In this document: positions 33,743 to 53,178 of the stretch, piece by piece
How positions within the stretch are numbered: position 1 is the first letter of the stretch
Layout: each line of letters opens with the position of its first letter
Source of the DNA: the human T2T-CHM13v2.0 reference genome, Homo sapiens
Assembly (NCBI RefSeq): GCF_009914755.1
Contig: NC_060934.1
Length of the DNA: 64,000 bases
Strand: one strand, 5' to 3'
Program-made: the position numbers and the translations under genes
The notes under the pieces: model-generated
Databases searched by the model: none
What the model was told of the DNA's origin: nothing
The model's input: only the letters and a program-made list of their open reading frames with translations

Positions 33743-34085
<343 letters not shown>

Positions 34086-34522
34086 TGAGTGAATTTTCCT
34101 TGTGATTTTGTGTGTACATGCACTATCCACAGAAGGAGAATAGAGAGGAAGATTGCTCAGCCCTCACATCAGTTTTATGGATGGCACAGGCAGGAACAAA
34201 GAGTCTTTCTGGGACCATGATCAGCTAAACACAGAAAGCAGGTGGGAGAGGAGCTGCTTCATTGAAATGAGGGTGAGGGTTTCAGGGCTCCTACCACCCA
34301 GCTTCTTACTTCTCTCATGGCCTCTTTGCAGAACTTCAGACCTTCTAGAGCCCTAATAAGTAGAAAAAGTCCCCCATCTAATCCAGCTCCTCAGTGTGAG
34401 GCTGCAGGAGGAGCCTAAGGGGAGGAGAGCATGACCTGCCCCATCACACACCTGACAAGGGCCACACTAGGCTCCACCCTATTTCCCCAGGAAGATTGAC
34501 CTTTACAAAGCTGCTCTTCCTC

Positions 34523-39145
<4,623 letters not shown>

Positions 39146-39550
39146 GATGTTAAGGAGATGAGCAAATCCTTAACCAATGTAAGTATGCTTTATGCTCCTC
39201 TAGCAATGTATAAGGTGTATTTAACCTCACGATTCTTAAAGTTTTATTTTATTTTTAAGTGATAAATGATAATTGTATATATTAATGGGGTACAATATTA
39301 CATTTTGATGCATGTATACATTGTGAATTGATCATATCAGGGTAATTAGCATATCCATCATCTCAAATATTTGTCATTTCTTTGTAGTGAGAACATTTAA
39401 AATCCTCTCTTTTTTAGCTGTTTTGAAATATACATAATAATAGCCAATCTGAGAGTTGTGATGTGATGTCTCATTGTGGTTTTTATTTGCATTTCTCTGA
39501 TGATTAAATTTGTTGAGTATTTAAAAAATAAAAAAATAAATAAATAAAAA
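39146..39550 (+). other. L1 3'-transduced segment (unique DNA plus antisense L1MA piece) and second poly(A) tail
   Basis: ATTAAA at 39503-39508, A-tail 39523-39550, TSD at 39551-39568 matching 34505-34522. Confidence 0.85.
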
Positions 39551-39576
39551 ACACAGCTGCTTTTCCTCTTTTCAAG

Positions 39577-39820
39577 ATCTCTTGGAGCCATGTCAACTTG
39601 CAACAGCTTGGCCTGCAGTTGTATCATTACTGGCCCTAGACAGTTTGCCAGATGGCTTTGCATCCCTGGCTCCTCAGTGTGGGGTGGCCAGCGCTGCATC
39701 GCGTGATTAGGATGGCCTCTGCCTTTTCTTTCTCCATGATCCACCCTCTGCCTCTGCTCAGTATGCCTGAAGCCTCCAGCCAAGCCTCTGCACAGCACTG
39801 AGGGAAAACCATGTGGACAG
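39577..39820 (+). pseudogene. Fossil exon of KIAA0825-like gene: ISWSHVNLQQLG(-1)AVVSLLALDSLPDGF...LGWPLPF
   Basis: ttcctcttttcaag| acceptor; in register with recalled FSLPLDKVEFLSQLIKSFMKLEKGVQEL and FGWRSAF; 3' end uncertain. Confidence 0.5.
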
Positions 39821-40449
39821 AGGAGTGACAGTGGGGTGAAGCCACGGTCCTCCTGGTGTCTCTGAAAGGGCAGTCCAAAGAGAAAAGAATGTGAGAGTGG
39901 TGGGTCTCTACGAAGCACCTCACACTATGATTATTGGTTGGCATCAACTGTTTGAGCCTCTTCCATGTCTTTTCCCTGCACCCCCATCCCTACTACTTTT
40001 CCCTATTTCTTCCAAAGTACTTCTCCAGGCCGTTAATCACCAAAGCACTAGAATTCCTACTGTCCTCCCTCCAACAGAGATCTTTGTCCCAATTCACTAC
40101 CCTCTGCCAATAAGATCTCAGGATCCTTCTTGGTAGTCTCGACCCCCAAAATTCTTCCCAAGAACTCTACAACCAGATTCTCTATAGTCCAGCTCTGAAC
40201 CCCATGCAACTTAGCATGTCTTCTCTGCTCCCTTGGCCTGGGGACAAAGAAAACACAAGATGAAATAACCCTAGCCTTACCCTTTCAAAGCTCTCCACCT
40301 AGTAGGAAGATAGGATTTATATGCACTGGTTCACATAGAGTTCATGGCTGTATGCCCTGTAGGAGAGACTAAAAGAGCCACAGAGCCCAAGAAGGGAGGA
40401 ATCGTTTCTAAGTGAAGGCTCAGGGAGGATCAGGAGGGCAGAGGGATGA

Positions 40450-40910
40450 AGAGCAAGGACTCCTGGGCTAGGCCAAGCAGATTAAAAATGTTCACTTCCT
40501 GTGTGTGACTTTGTACTTGTTAACATCTCTGGACCCAGTTTCACCTATAAAGCAAGGATAACAATACCCACCTGAACCTCACAGGGCCTGAAGATCTAGG
40601 GATTGTGCATTTGGTGCTTGCCTCCTTGTGGATGCTCAATAGGCATTATTTCCATGGTGGAGGCAACAGTGTAAACTCTCTGAGGCCAAGGGCTACAGGA
40701 GGATCTAGGACATGAGCTATGGAGTCAGAAGATGTGGATTCAAATCTTAGCAAAGTATGTGCCCTTTCTGAACTTCAGTTTATTCACCTATACAATGGGA
40801 ATGATAATAGGACCCAACTCAGAGGGCCATTAGGAGGGCTAAATGGAACAAGCTTGTAAGACATTAGCATAGTCCCTGACATTTAGTAAGCACTTAATAA
40901 ACATTGGCAA
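40450..40910. mobile_element. Two MIR fragments
   Basis: ctctggacccagtttc..., ggagtcagaagatgtggattcaaatc...agtaagcacttaataaa. Confidence 0.6.
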
Positions 40911-41749
40911 CTCTCACTGCATGGGAGCTCACATAGCCTGGGCTGACTGGCAGGTGGCACTCACTGGCCAAATCCCAAATGTTCTATGTGGGTTCACAAG
41001 ATAAGGGTCTCATAGGGACCACAGACAGGACAGCCACAACCATCTGCTCCCTTTCATCGGGAGAACATTCTGCCCAATGTTGCAAAAGCTTTGTGGAAAT
41101 TTCTGTTTGCTGAACTGATTTCAACAACGATCTCCATCCCATGAATTCCAGCCTGTTTGTCTAAAACTTTCTTCCTAAAAGACTGTTTACAAGTTCAAGT
41201 AATCAATGGTATCATCAATAGTACACCCACTCCTCAACTCAATCATGCCAAAGACAAGTTAGACTATGACCTTGCCTTAGAGCTGTTATGGTAACACAAT
41301 AGTAAATCATCTCTGTCCAGTTTACACAGCATCTTTGCCATACACTGTCACACTGGTTCCTCACAACAACCTCATGTGACTGATGGGCAAGAGTAAATGG
41401 ACCTTCAGTGACCACTCTAGGTCTTCTAAATTGGTGTTGCTTAGGGTGAGTGATCTGGAAGGGGAATTGTCTTGATGCGTGGTATGCATGACAAGCACGC
41501 TGCTGTGGGTTGATTTGGGGTTGTTTTAGGGAACTGATAGCTGCCCTGGAGACCACCAGACCTTTGATGTCATCTAACTCAACTCTCTCACTTTACAAAT
41601 GTCAGAAAATGAGGCCCAAAGAAGGGAAGCAACTTGCCCAAGGTCATGAGATGGTCAATGCAGAGCTGGGAACAGGACTCTGGTCTCTAATTTCCACTTC
41701 TGAGATTTTCCCACTAAATCACTGCATCACCCAGAACATTTTTGTTTGG

Positions 41750-42225
41750 TAAATTTTTAATAAAGTTTAAGTAATCTGCACCCGTATCAAGAAAGAGAAC
41801 ATCACCCTAGAAGCACCACTATACCTCCTTGCAGATGCTAGACCCCGAAGATAACTACCGTCCTTATTTCTCACGTCTGAAATTGAGGTATTTTTCTGTG
41901 TTTGGATCTTTATATAAATGGAATCATGTAGTATTAATATTTGTACCTTTTTTTCTCAACACCGTGTCTGTGAGATTCTTCCAGTGATCTTGCATATAAT
42001 TGTAGCTCATAGCTTTTTCATTGTTACATAGCATTTCACTGTCTGAATATAGTACAACATATTTATCCATTCACAGTAAATGGACATTCAGGTAATTTCC
42101 AGTCTGGTGCTATTACAAAAGTGCTGCTCTGCACATTCTTGTAGGTGTCTTTTGGAATTTCTGAGTCATGGGGTGTGCAGATGCTCACCCCATCTTTATG
42201 AGGTACCACACTATTTTCCAAAGTT
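41750..42225 (-). mobile_element. L1ME-like 3' fragment
   Basis: tatataaatggaatcatgtag...atttatccattcac...gctattacaaaagtgctgct. Confidence 0.65.
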
Positions 42226-42420
42226 AAACTAATCCATCATCTGTGTGTCAAAGTCCTGCCCCAGCACTATTTTAAGGTGAGGAAAACTGAGGCCCAGTGA
42301 GGGCAGGTGACTTGCCCTGGGTCAACACCAAGGAAGGGGCAAAGTTGGACAGGTATCCAGGTATCCTGGGCCAGATTTGTGTTCTTTCTCCTGCCCGGTT
42401 ACTCCTGCCCCATGTATCAG

Positions 42421-42630
42421 CTCGAGCCTTAAAGCTCAGCTCCAGGTGTGCCCTGCAGACCCTCCTCTCACCCCGCCATATTGTTTGTATGTGTGGCAGT
42501 CTCCCTGGTTGCCTGTTTCCCTGGAAAACCAGGGCCCCTTGGTGGGGATGAACCCAGCTGTGACAGAGCATAGTGAGGCTGCAGGTCCTGCTCGGAGGAG
42601 GCGGGGAAAGTGCTCTGGGGCCTAAGGAGT
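42421..42630 (+). pseudogene. Fossil exon of KIAA0825-like gene: RALKLSSRCALQTL(+7 nt)PAILFVCVAV
   Basis: Pyrimidine tract plus tcag| at 42420; in register with recalled RAKEVPSKAPLKNLHTYLSTAVYV. Confidence 0.55.
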
Positions 42631-43290
42631 AGGTGTGGGGGGATGTGAAGCAGATGGAATTAAGCACCTTCCACTCCACAATTTCCTTTCATTAGGTATC
42701 TTGTCTTCACAAAATGGTCCCACTTACTTGGTGAGACTTCATGAAGGTAGGCTATTCGAAGAAGAGTGGCATTTGTGGATCTTTCCTCAGTCTAGGCATG
42801 TGGTGCTATAGAAGGTGCAGGCTGGGTTTCTCATACCTGGGTCAGTGGGGTACATGAGGCGAGTGGGAGTGGAGAAAGAATACAGAGGAGGAAACTGCAG
42901 CTTTCTGTTCATTGTGAAGGCCTGGGGAAGAATGAAGAGGCAGTTGATTTCCTGTAAAAAGAAGCCAGAACAGCTTAATAATGCTAATAAGAGCTACCAT
43001 TTGCTGGGCACCTTTTACAAGTGACGTTATTCTAAAGAGACATTCAAATCACACCTTATAGATGAAGAAATCAAGGCCCGGAAAGCCCCAATTCATCAGA
43101 GATCATGCCGGGGTGGAAATAAATATTTTGTTGACCACCCAGTAGGTGCCCAAATTAAATAAAATTGAAAGATTTCTTTACTGCCAGAATTCTTAGAGTC
43201 TTTATGATAATAAAGTGCATTAATTTCTAAGGGGAAAGTATCATTTATAAAGCTTTTTCCAAACTTTTTACCCTTTGTTCCCAAGGTGCA

Positions 43291-43658
43291 TGTATTAGTC
43301 TGTTTTCACACTGCTGATAAATACATACCCGAGACTGGGCAATTTACAAAAGAAAGAGGTTTAATGGACTTATAGTTTCAAGTGGCTGGGGAGGCCTCAC
43401 AATCACGGTGGAAGGCAAGGAGTAGCAAGTCATGTCTTACATGGATAGTGGCAGGCAAAGACAGAGCTTGTGTAGGGAAACTCCCATTTTTAAAACCACC
43501 AGATCTTGTGAGACTCATTCACTATCACAGGAACAGTGCAGGAAAGACCCACGCCCATAAGGCAATCACCTCCCACTGGGTTCCTCCCACAACACGTGGG
43601 AATTGTGGAGTTACAATACAAGACGAGATTTGGGTGGGGACACAGCCAAACCATATCA
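43291..43658 (-). mobile_element. THE1 (THE1B-D) solo LTR
   Basis: TGTATTAGTC...CAGCCAAACCATATCA, 368 bp; 5-bp TSD GTGCA/GTACA. Confidence 0.92.
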
Positions 43659-43954
43659 GTACATTTATTAAAGTCTTAGTAAATAACACAGGTGGGAAAT
43701 ATTGGTTTCATGTCGCCTACGTATTTGCATTAAAAACATCATTTTCTAAGCCAAAATCAATCATGATTAAGAAGAAAAAGACAGGGACTCTTTCTTGAAA
43801 AGAAAAACATAACCCTCCCCACATCCCACAGAGATTCAGAATGAGCCTGGCATTACCTTGACTGCAGGTGATTTAGGTGATTTGAATGTCTCATCCCCCA
43901 GTGTCCAACACATAGAAGTTGGTTACCCAGATATCAGCAGGTGAAGCTTGAGAG

Positions 43955-44615
43955 AGTGGGCCAGATTGTATTTTCCAAAGATGGCTACAAAAATATCACC
44001 CATCCTACATTCTCTTCTACAATGTGACCTTGCCATGACCCCATCGGGAGGCAGTGTCAGTTTCCCTTCCCTTTGAATCTCAGTGGCCCTGGAACTGCTT
44101 TGACTAATAGAGTATGGCAGGAAATGACCAGTGTGACATCTGTGGCCGAGTCATAAAAAGTGATGCAGCTTCTGTCTTGCTACTGGAACAGTTCCAGCCA
44201 TGTAAGAAGTCCAGCTACCCTGAGGCTGCCAAGTTATGAGGAAGCCCAAGCCACACAGAGAGGTCATACGTAGGTACTCTCGTCAGCAGTCCTGGTCTTC
44301 AAGTCATAGCAGCCTAGAAGCCTCAGGATGATTCCAGCCCCACCTGTCGAGTCACCTAAGCCTTTGAGTCTTCCCAGCTGAGGTCCCGGATATCATGCAG
44401 CAGAGGCATGCCACACCCTTTGTGCCCTGTCTAAGGCCTTTGAGTCTTCCCAGCTGAGGTCCCAGATATCATGCAGCAGAGGCATGCCACACCCTTTGTG
44501 CCCTGTCTTTGTGCCCTGACCCATAGAATCTATGACCATAATTTTAAAAAAGGTTGTTGTTTTAAGCCACTAAGTTTTGGGGTGGTTTGTTAAGCAGCAA
44601 CATTAGCTGGAACAG
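43955..44615 (+). mobile_element. MLT1G/H-like MaLR LTR with internal 76-bp duplication
   Basis: gattgtattttccaaagatggc...ttttaagccactaagttttggggtggtttgttaagcagc. Confidence 0.7.
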
Positions 44616-45360
44616 GGTGTGTGTGTAATACGGGCATGAGTGAGTGTATTTAAGTGAAGGGTTTAGGTTGATATTAGTCTTCTTTTTTATATCAATGGGT
44701 GATTCTTTCTCATATGCTTTTTTGATTAGTATGCAAGCTTTTGATCAGGAACTCATTAATTCAAGAATATATATTAAGATCCAGCTATTTTCACCCAAAG
44801 AGACAAAGCCCTGATGTGGCACCACCTCCATGGAGCTTATATTCTATGTGGACACTTAGTCAAATGCTAGTATCACACAACTGAAAATAATCAACAGGAA
44901 GGAGCAGCGGGGGAGGAAAAAGGCAGAGAAACCCCTGGCAACGAGGAGACAAATGAAGTTCTGGGTGCTTGAAGCCATGGAGACAGTAACTCAAATGGTT
45001 TGAAGCCGGAAATGATTTCCTAACCAGCTGTAAATTTGAAAATCCCATATGTGGTACAACATTAAGCTGCTATTTTGGAAATTCTTTCATCTTTTTCGGA
45101 GGCATCTCAGGAGCCCTTCCTTCCTCTTGGAAGGCAGCCAGTTCTCTGCAGAAATCACTTCATCAGCAGGAGCTGAGGCATTTCGCATGCAACTATATAA
45201 TTCTGGAAACGTGGCTTAAAAAATATTTTCTCCTGGGTAGAGAAAGAAACATCTCAGAGCAGTGTTTCTATAAGCACCAGCTGGGCAGCTCTGAATGCAC
45301 TTTTTTTTTTCTTTTTCCCCTTTGAAATGGCAGGATCCTGACACCTGCATTTGAATGTAA

Positions 45361-45776
<416 letters not shown>

Positions 45777-46181
45777 CTATTGTAATGGGCCAGGTGAACA
45801 ATTGTGCTGGCCTGGAACAGGACGGTGGCAGAGCAATAGAGGATATAGAAATGGTAGTTTGGGGAAGTGAGGAACTCTGACTTAAACAAAACACTCTGAT
45901 GAGTCCTTTCACAGCAGTAAGAAGTCATAGAGCATGGTGCTGAGGCAAAGTAGTCAGACTTAAGGAACTAGGTTCCTTGCCTAATGATGTAAGACGTTGA
46001 AGTTTCCATAGGCAATCCCAGAAGAAGGCAACAAGGAGCACAAGAATGGGGAGACATTGCTGCAAGGGGAAGATGGGGGACCCGACAAGATGGCAAGAGG
46101 CCAGGATTCCTAGGCATAGCAAAGAGCAGTGAAAAGTCTCAAGTGACAGAGTGTTGGAGGGACGTTTAAGAAGCAGAATGT

Positions 46182-46503
46182 GGCCGGGTGATGGTAGCTC
46201 ATGCCTTAATTCCAGCACTTTGGGAGGCCAAATGTGAGAACTGCTTGAGGCCAGGTGTTTGACACTAGCCTGGGCAACCTAGCAAGACCCCAACTCGCAA
46301 CATAGTGAGACTCCAACTCTACACAAAATTTCTTTAAAAATTAGCTGGGCATGGTGACGTGAACCTGTAGTCCCAGCTACTCTGGAGGCTGAGGCAGGAG
46401 GATCGCTTGAGGCCAGGAGATCAAGGCTGCAATGAGTTATGATCGTGCCACTGCACTCCAGCCTGGGTGACAGTGCAAGAACCCGTCCCAAATAATAATA
46501 ATA
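46182..46503 (+). mobile_element. AluJ with internal ~23-bp duplication
   Basis: GGATCGCTTGAGGCCAGGAG / GGCTGCAATGAGTTATGATCG; TSD AAGAA(G/C)CA(G/C)AATGT at 46168-46181 / 46504-46517. Confidence 0.9.
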
Positions 46504-46644
46504 AAGAACCACAATGTGTTTGTCTGCTGCTTGTTGCTACAGTTCAATGAGTTCTCTGCCCATACCACCCCTGCTTCCAATTTCCCCTAAATGCCCTGAA
46601 AGCCCTGTACAAGTAGTGGTTTGAGAAATGAAGGGATATAGGAC

Positions 46645-46690
46645 AGGAAGGAAGGGAGGGAGGGAGGGAGGGAGGGAGGGAGGGAGGGAA
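46645..46690. repeat. (GGGA)n/(GGAA)n microsatellite
   Basis: ggaaggaagggagggaggg... Confidence 0.9.
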
Positions 46691-47357
46691 AGAACTAAAA
46701 ATTTGATTCCTTCGTACCAACCAAATTATTTTTCAGTTAAAAAGCTAATAGTCAAGTGGTTTTGAACATGTAAAAACAAGAAATATTGTTCTCATGAGCC
46801 CTCTTGAGGAACATACTGGAGGACTAACTTATGTGAATCACACAGTGAGCACAAAAATTGTATAAAAGGATTGGCAGTGAATGTAGTAGATTTCATTTAA
46901 CCACAGGTCTACGAAGAAAACACAGTGGGGATTAAGCTGACAGAAAAGAAGGCAAACATTATATGTTCCAACAATGTAGAAAAGATATAACTAACCAAAG
47001 GAGAGAAAAGGGAAAGCAACGTGGTAGGTAATAGAGAAATACACGGATGCCCTTTTCGTTACAATACAATGAGTCAAAGGATGTCATTAAAAGCTGACAA
47101 GCCAAGTAAGAGAGAGAGGTAAAGCACATTTCACAGCACAAAGATTAAAAACTAAGAATAATAATATTATTGACTAAAATTTGGTGGTAAAAGAAGATGA
47201 GAAGTTTATAAAGGAAAAGGAATACATTGGAATATACTGATTTTATTATTGCTCATATTTGGAAATTAATAGGGACTATAATGGAGGATTAAGAATTAAG
47301 AATAGAAAACTATAAGTGCAAGATTAAGAACATTAAACTAAGTTATAAAAGTAAACC

Positions 47358-47649
<292 letters not shown>

Positions 47650-48152
47650 TCATAAATGTGGAAAATACACATAAACATTTCATTAATGAAAGAAGAAAAT
47701 CACCATTATGTAACTTCTAATTAAATGATCTAGAGAACAATTTTCAGTGGCTGAATGTTTTTTATGAACTTTAAGCAAAGAGATCAGGTTGGCAATATCT
47801 GAACCCACTAATCAAGCGCCAAAAATAAAACAACCAGATATTATGTGCCTGCTGATGTAACTCAGCACTACCTTTGAAGTATTTTCACACAAAAAATTAA
47901 CAAGAATATGAATCTAATGGATCAATTTGCAGGAGATGCAGAAGATAGAAGATAAATTACACAACTCTGTGCAAAAACAATCAGCCCATTCCAGAAGGGA
48001 GAAATTTACAGGACAAATGATTCATGGAAAAAGATCAGAGAAAAGGACATAATCATCCATTGAAAGTGAATTGGGAAAAAATATAAAATAGCTACAATGT
48101 GTGGACTTGGTTTTGATTCTGAATTGAAAACTAACTATAAAAAGTAATTGAG

Positions 48153-48490
48153 CTTTCAAGCTATGATGATGTCTCCACGAGAATAAGGCTCTTGAAAAAG
48201 ATCACCTTCATCCCTCTCAGGCAGAGAAGAAGGAACCCAAGAAGCACTCAGGGTTAAGCCCCAATTCCTACTGCATAGATGTAAGATGCCCAGGATGCGA
48301 CACAGTTGCCTCGGTCTTCGGCCACGCACACATTGCGGTTTTGGGTGTTGAGTGCTCTGCTACTCTTAGCCAGTTTGCAGAAGGAAAAGCAAGGCTCACA
48401 GAAGGATGCTCCTCTGACAGAGCAGCACTGAAGGCACCCTGAATCAACAAGAGTGGGAAACCATCCCAATAAACATGTTTTGGATACAAA
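48153..48490 (+). pseudogene. RPS27 (ribosomal protein eS27) processed pseudogene, possibly the annotated RPS27P1
   Basis: Starts with 5'TOP CTTTC; intronless DHLHPS...SPNSYCIDVRCPGC...GKARLTEGCS; ATG>AAG at 48185; RPS27-like 3' UTR with AATAAA at 48468; TSD AATTGAG at 48146-48152 / 48491-48497. Confidence 0.92.
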
Positions 48491-49199
48491 AATTGAGAAA
48501 GTCAGGAAAATTTGAATAAGGACTTGATATTAGTGGTATTTAGGAATTATTAATTATATATGTAATAATGGCATTCTTTATTGGTGGGTTTTGCTTTTTT
48601 CCTTTTCTATTACAGGCATATATTGAAATATTTGCAATATACAGGCATATATTGCATATATTATGAGTGAAAGAAGATGCTGTCTGGGATCTGACTTTAA
48701 ATGTCCAGGAAAAACCTACCCACCCATTCTCTCACACACACATACAAAGGCCCTACACCCAGATGGCTTCCCAGGAGTATTCTACCAACCCTTGAATTTA
48801 ATGTAATGGGTAATCACAATGCTATTGAATGTGTTCCAGAATACTTGGAATGCATTCACTCACTTAATCCTCATGCTAACCCTCTGAGGCAGGGATCATC
48901 CTCACTCTACATATGAGACCACTGGGTAACAGGCTCAGTGAAGAATCTAGCCTACGGTCACACAGTTGGAGGTGGTGGAGACTAATTGTAAACCAGGAAA
49001 TGCAATCTTAGAGCAAGTGCCCTCACTTAGGGCTGCTCTGTACCATCCTTGTGAACCACACCCCTGACGTTGTGCAGAACACACAGAACAACCTTGAAGA
49101 ATGTACATGTGGGCCTACCTTAAAAACTATGCAATTCAGTCTTTCATAAATAAATTAATGGATTAATATATAATAAATGAATGAATTTTCTTCATTTAG

Positions 49200-49632
49200 C
49201 CTTACGAGTTTCACCCTCATCAAATGGACTCCCTAAATCTTGCCTTGTTCTCAAAAAGGCTGAATGCAGAGGTAGCCATGCCAAGACCACACTGACTGAG
49301 TTCCAGCAACCTCACTGCTAACTCTGCTTTACTGGTTGGGAACAAATCAGTTGTCAAAATTGCTTGATAGGAAATGAAGTGACATTGGCCTAGTTCCTTT
49401 TGGCTACTCTGGCTTTCTCCAACCGAGAGGGACAGCAGTCGGCCTCCCTGTCAGAAACTCTGGCCTGAGATAAAGAAAAAAACCACCAACACAGCAAGAT
49501 GCAAAAGAAGCCAGAGGCCCACCTGCCCCAAATCATTCATCTCCTTGGACTGCTTCTGAGTGTGAAACTCCTGCCATTGGCTTCTCTTCCCTGGATTAAA
49601 GACCAGTTAAAATATGGATCTGTAAACTCAAG
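49200..49632 (+). pseudogene. Fossil exon of KIAA0825-like gene (433 nt): LRVSPSSNGLPK...WEQISCQNCLIGNEVTLA*FLLAT...LLGLLLSVKLLPLAS
   Basis: ttcttcatttag| and AAG|GTAAGA splice sites; one frame with 3 stops; collinear with recalled LLRTPSAGGLK, WNLLLETLLHHDGLLLRILLKS, IFKILYHCSFSPQTF. Confidence 0.65.
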
Positions 49633-50129
49633 GTAAGAGCACAAAGGTAACTCTTGGTAACACTTTTCACATGAACACAGATTCCTTTATCAGTGAGCTA
49701 AAAGAAAGTAGGACCAAGAGGAATTTGGGTACAGATGGGAATGTTGAGGGGAGAAAGGAATCATAAAAAGGCTCAAATGTGGAGCTATTGGTTGAGAAAA
49801 ATCTGTCTTTGTCTGGTGCCATTTTGAAGGAAGGGATGGCTTGGGAAGATGGAGCCAGGTGGCATGTGGGCATTGAGTGACCAGCAGAGGAGGATCTGGG
49901 AGACCAGGAGCTGTAAAAGAAAAGACTGAGAGAGGTTGTGATTCTTTGGGGAGTTCCTCTCCGTTTCATATGATACCTGGTGAGGCTGTCAGTCACAGGG
50001 TTAGACCACGTGTTCCAGGCTAACCAATTAGACTCTTTCCTAAGATTGATACATGGATGGTAAGAGACAGAGGTCTGTCGTCAACACCTTTTTAAAATAA
50101 ATTTAAATGTAAAATAATTCAAGCATGAA

Positions 50130-51040
<911 letters not shown>

Positions 51041-51637
51041 CAGCAGCTTTCTTGACAGTCATGGAGGGAGAGCCAGTCAAAGGAGTGAAGCCATATAGAG
51101 GAAAGACGAACAGAGAGGCAGAGGAAGAAAACCAACCCAGATGAGCCCCTTGATCCAGTGAAACTCGACTTGCTAGTTACATAAGCCAATAAATTCCTCT
51201 TTTTTGCTTCAATTAATCTGAGTTGGTTTTGTGGCTACTCTGCCTCACTCACACCTTAGCCAACATGTGGGACCAGATAGTGTCCTTCAAAAAGCCCCAA
51301 ATTAGTAGGACCAACTCAGGTCTGACCAGAAGGACATATCCAAGGCAGCCCACATGAAATTGGCCATCTTCCCTAGTAATGAGTCAAAAGCCACACAGTA
51401 GTAACTGCTGTCACTTGATTCTTACCTTAGAACCGTGCCTCCACAGAAAGCCCATAACCTGCTGTGGCTTATCCAAGCCCCAGTGACACAAAGAGAAATC
51501 TGATTTATCAACATTTCCAGGAATACAGACTTTTTCTTCTCTCTGCATTTGTCCCTTCACTAGGGCCTCCCCATTCTCTCTTTTGTGCATTAACTATGGT
51601 CACCAGATATCCTATCTCCATTTACCATTTACCTCAC

Positions 51638-51832
51638 GCTTGTCCAGTCCACAGCCTGCAGGCTGCATGCAGCCCAGGACAGCTTTGAATGTAAACTTTC
51701 TGAAAACATTAAGAGATATTTTTGACAATTTTTTTTTAGCTCATCAGTTATCGTTCGTGTATTTTATGTGTGTCCCAAGACAATTCTTTTTCCAATGTGG
51801 CTCAGGGAAACCAAAAGACTGGACACCCCTGA
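51638..51832. mobile_element. MER30 DNA transposon
   Basis: gcatgcagcccaggacagctttgaatg...gtggctcagggaaaccaaaagactggacacccctg. Confidence 0.8.
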
Positions 51833-52091
51833 ACCTGCTGCCTCTTTACTATCTCATTATAATTAGTACAGTTGTGTAGAAGCTTTAGCCTCTGGAAGAT
51901 GAGAGATTGAGTGGGTGCAGCCGGCTCTCCTGTGGGGGCATCTGGCCAGTCCATTCTCTTGGCTCCCCCGCCTGGATCCTTTTCTTGCCTGGGTGTTGTA
52001 TGTGACCACCAGATCTGACCATTTCATGTGTGTTTCCACTTTTGTCAGTTATAATTTGCCAGGCTTGCCCTTTCCATATCTACACATGGAA

Positions 52092-52495
52092 AGCACATTA
52101 GGTTGCTAGAATTCACAAAATAGAATGCCACAAACTGGGTGTCTTAAACAACAGAAGTTGATTTTCTTACAGTTCTGGAGGTGAGAAGTCTAAGACGAAG
52201 GTGTTGGCAGGTTTGGTTTTTAATGAGTCTCTTGCCTTGGCTTGTAGGTGGCCTTCTTGTTGCCGTGCCCTCACAGGGTCTTTGTTCTGAGCATGCACAT
52301 GTGTGACTCCCAATTTTCTCTCCTTATAAGGACACTAGTCAGATTGGAGTAGAGCCCTACCCCAACAGCCTCATTTTAACTTAATCACCTCTTCAAAGGC
52401 CTGATCTCCAAACACAGTCACATTCAGAGATATTGGAAGTTAGGGCTTCAACATACCAATTTTGGGGGCAGGGGCCACAAGGCAGTCCATAATAG
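52092..52495 (-). mobile_element. MLT1A/B-like MaLR LTR
   Basis: ccacaaactgggtgtcttaaacaacagaa...taagacactagtcagattgg...acagtcacattcagag. Confidence 0.75.
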
Positions 52496-52875
52496 AGAGG
52501 AACACATTATGTCAGGAGCGCATCTGACCTGCATTCAACTTAACCCCACTCAAAATTACTCAAGCAACAAATACATTTAATTATCTCACATAACAACAAC
52601 CAAAAAAAAAAAGTGTGGCAATATTTTGTCCCTGGAATGGTGCATTGACTTAAAGGTATTACCAAAGACCCCATTTCTTTTCACCTTTCCCTATGCTGCC
52701 TTTGATATATTGGGGTTTTGTCCTTGCACTTGTCATAAGATGACTGCCAGGATTCCAGATATTATCACAACACTTTCCCCTTGGAATTTATTGGCTACGA
52801 CTGAGTCATGTGGCCACTCATAGATGCAAGGGAGGCTGAGTAAGCAAGTGTCAGACATAAAATTGATTGTATGCA

Positions 52876-53170
52876 GGCCAGGCACTGGGATTACACCTGT
52901 AATCCCAGGACTTTGGGAGGCCAAGGTGGGTGAATCACTTGAGGTCACGAGTTCAAGACCAGCCTAGCCAACATGGCGAAACCCATCTCTACAAAAAAAT
53001 ACAAAAATTGGACAAGTATGGTGGCACACACCTGTAATCCCAGCTACTTAGGAGGCTGAGGCACAAGAATCAGTTGAACCCGGGAGGTGGAGGTTGCAGT
53101 GAGCCAAGATCATGCCACTGAACTCCAGGCTGGGCAACAGAGCAAGACTCTGTATCAAAAAAAAAAAAAA
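52876..53170 (+). mobile_element. AluS
   Basis: TSD ATTGATTGTATGCA at 52862-52875 / 53173-53186. Confidence 0.93.
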
Positions 53171-53178
53171 GCATTGAT

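Noticed and set aside
39397-39918. 173-aa minus-strand ORF
   Set aside because: Chimeric: antisense of a fossil exon, the transduction poly(A) tail and an L1M ORF2 remnant ([10 protein letters not shown])
46518-46615. Additional fossil exon (LLVATVQ*VLCPY...LNALKALYK)
   Set aside because: The position fits, but the match is short, splice sites are unclear and an AluJ abuts it; not supportable by eye
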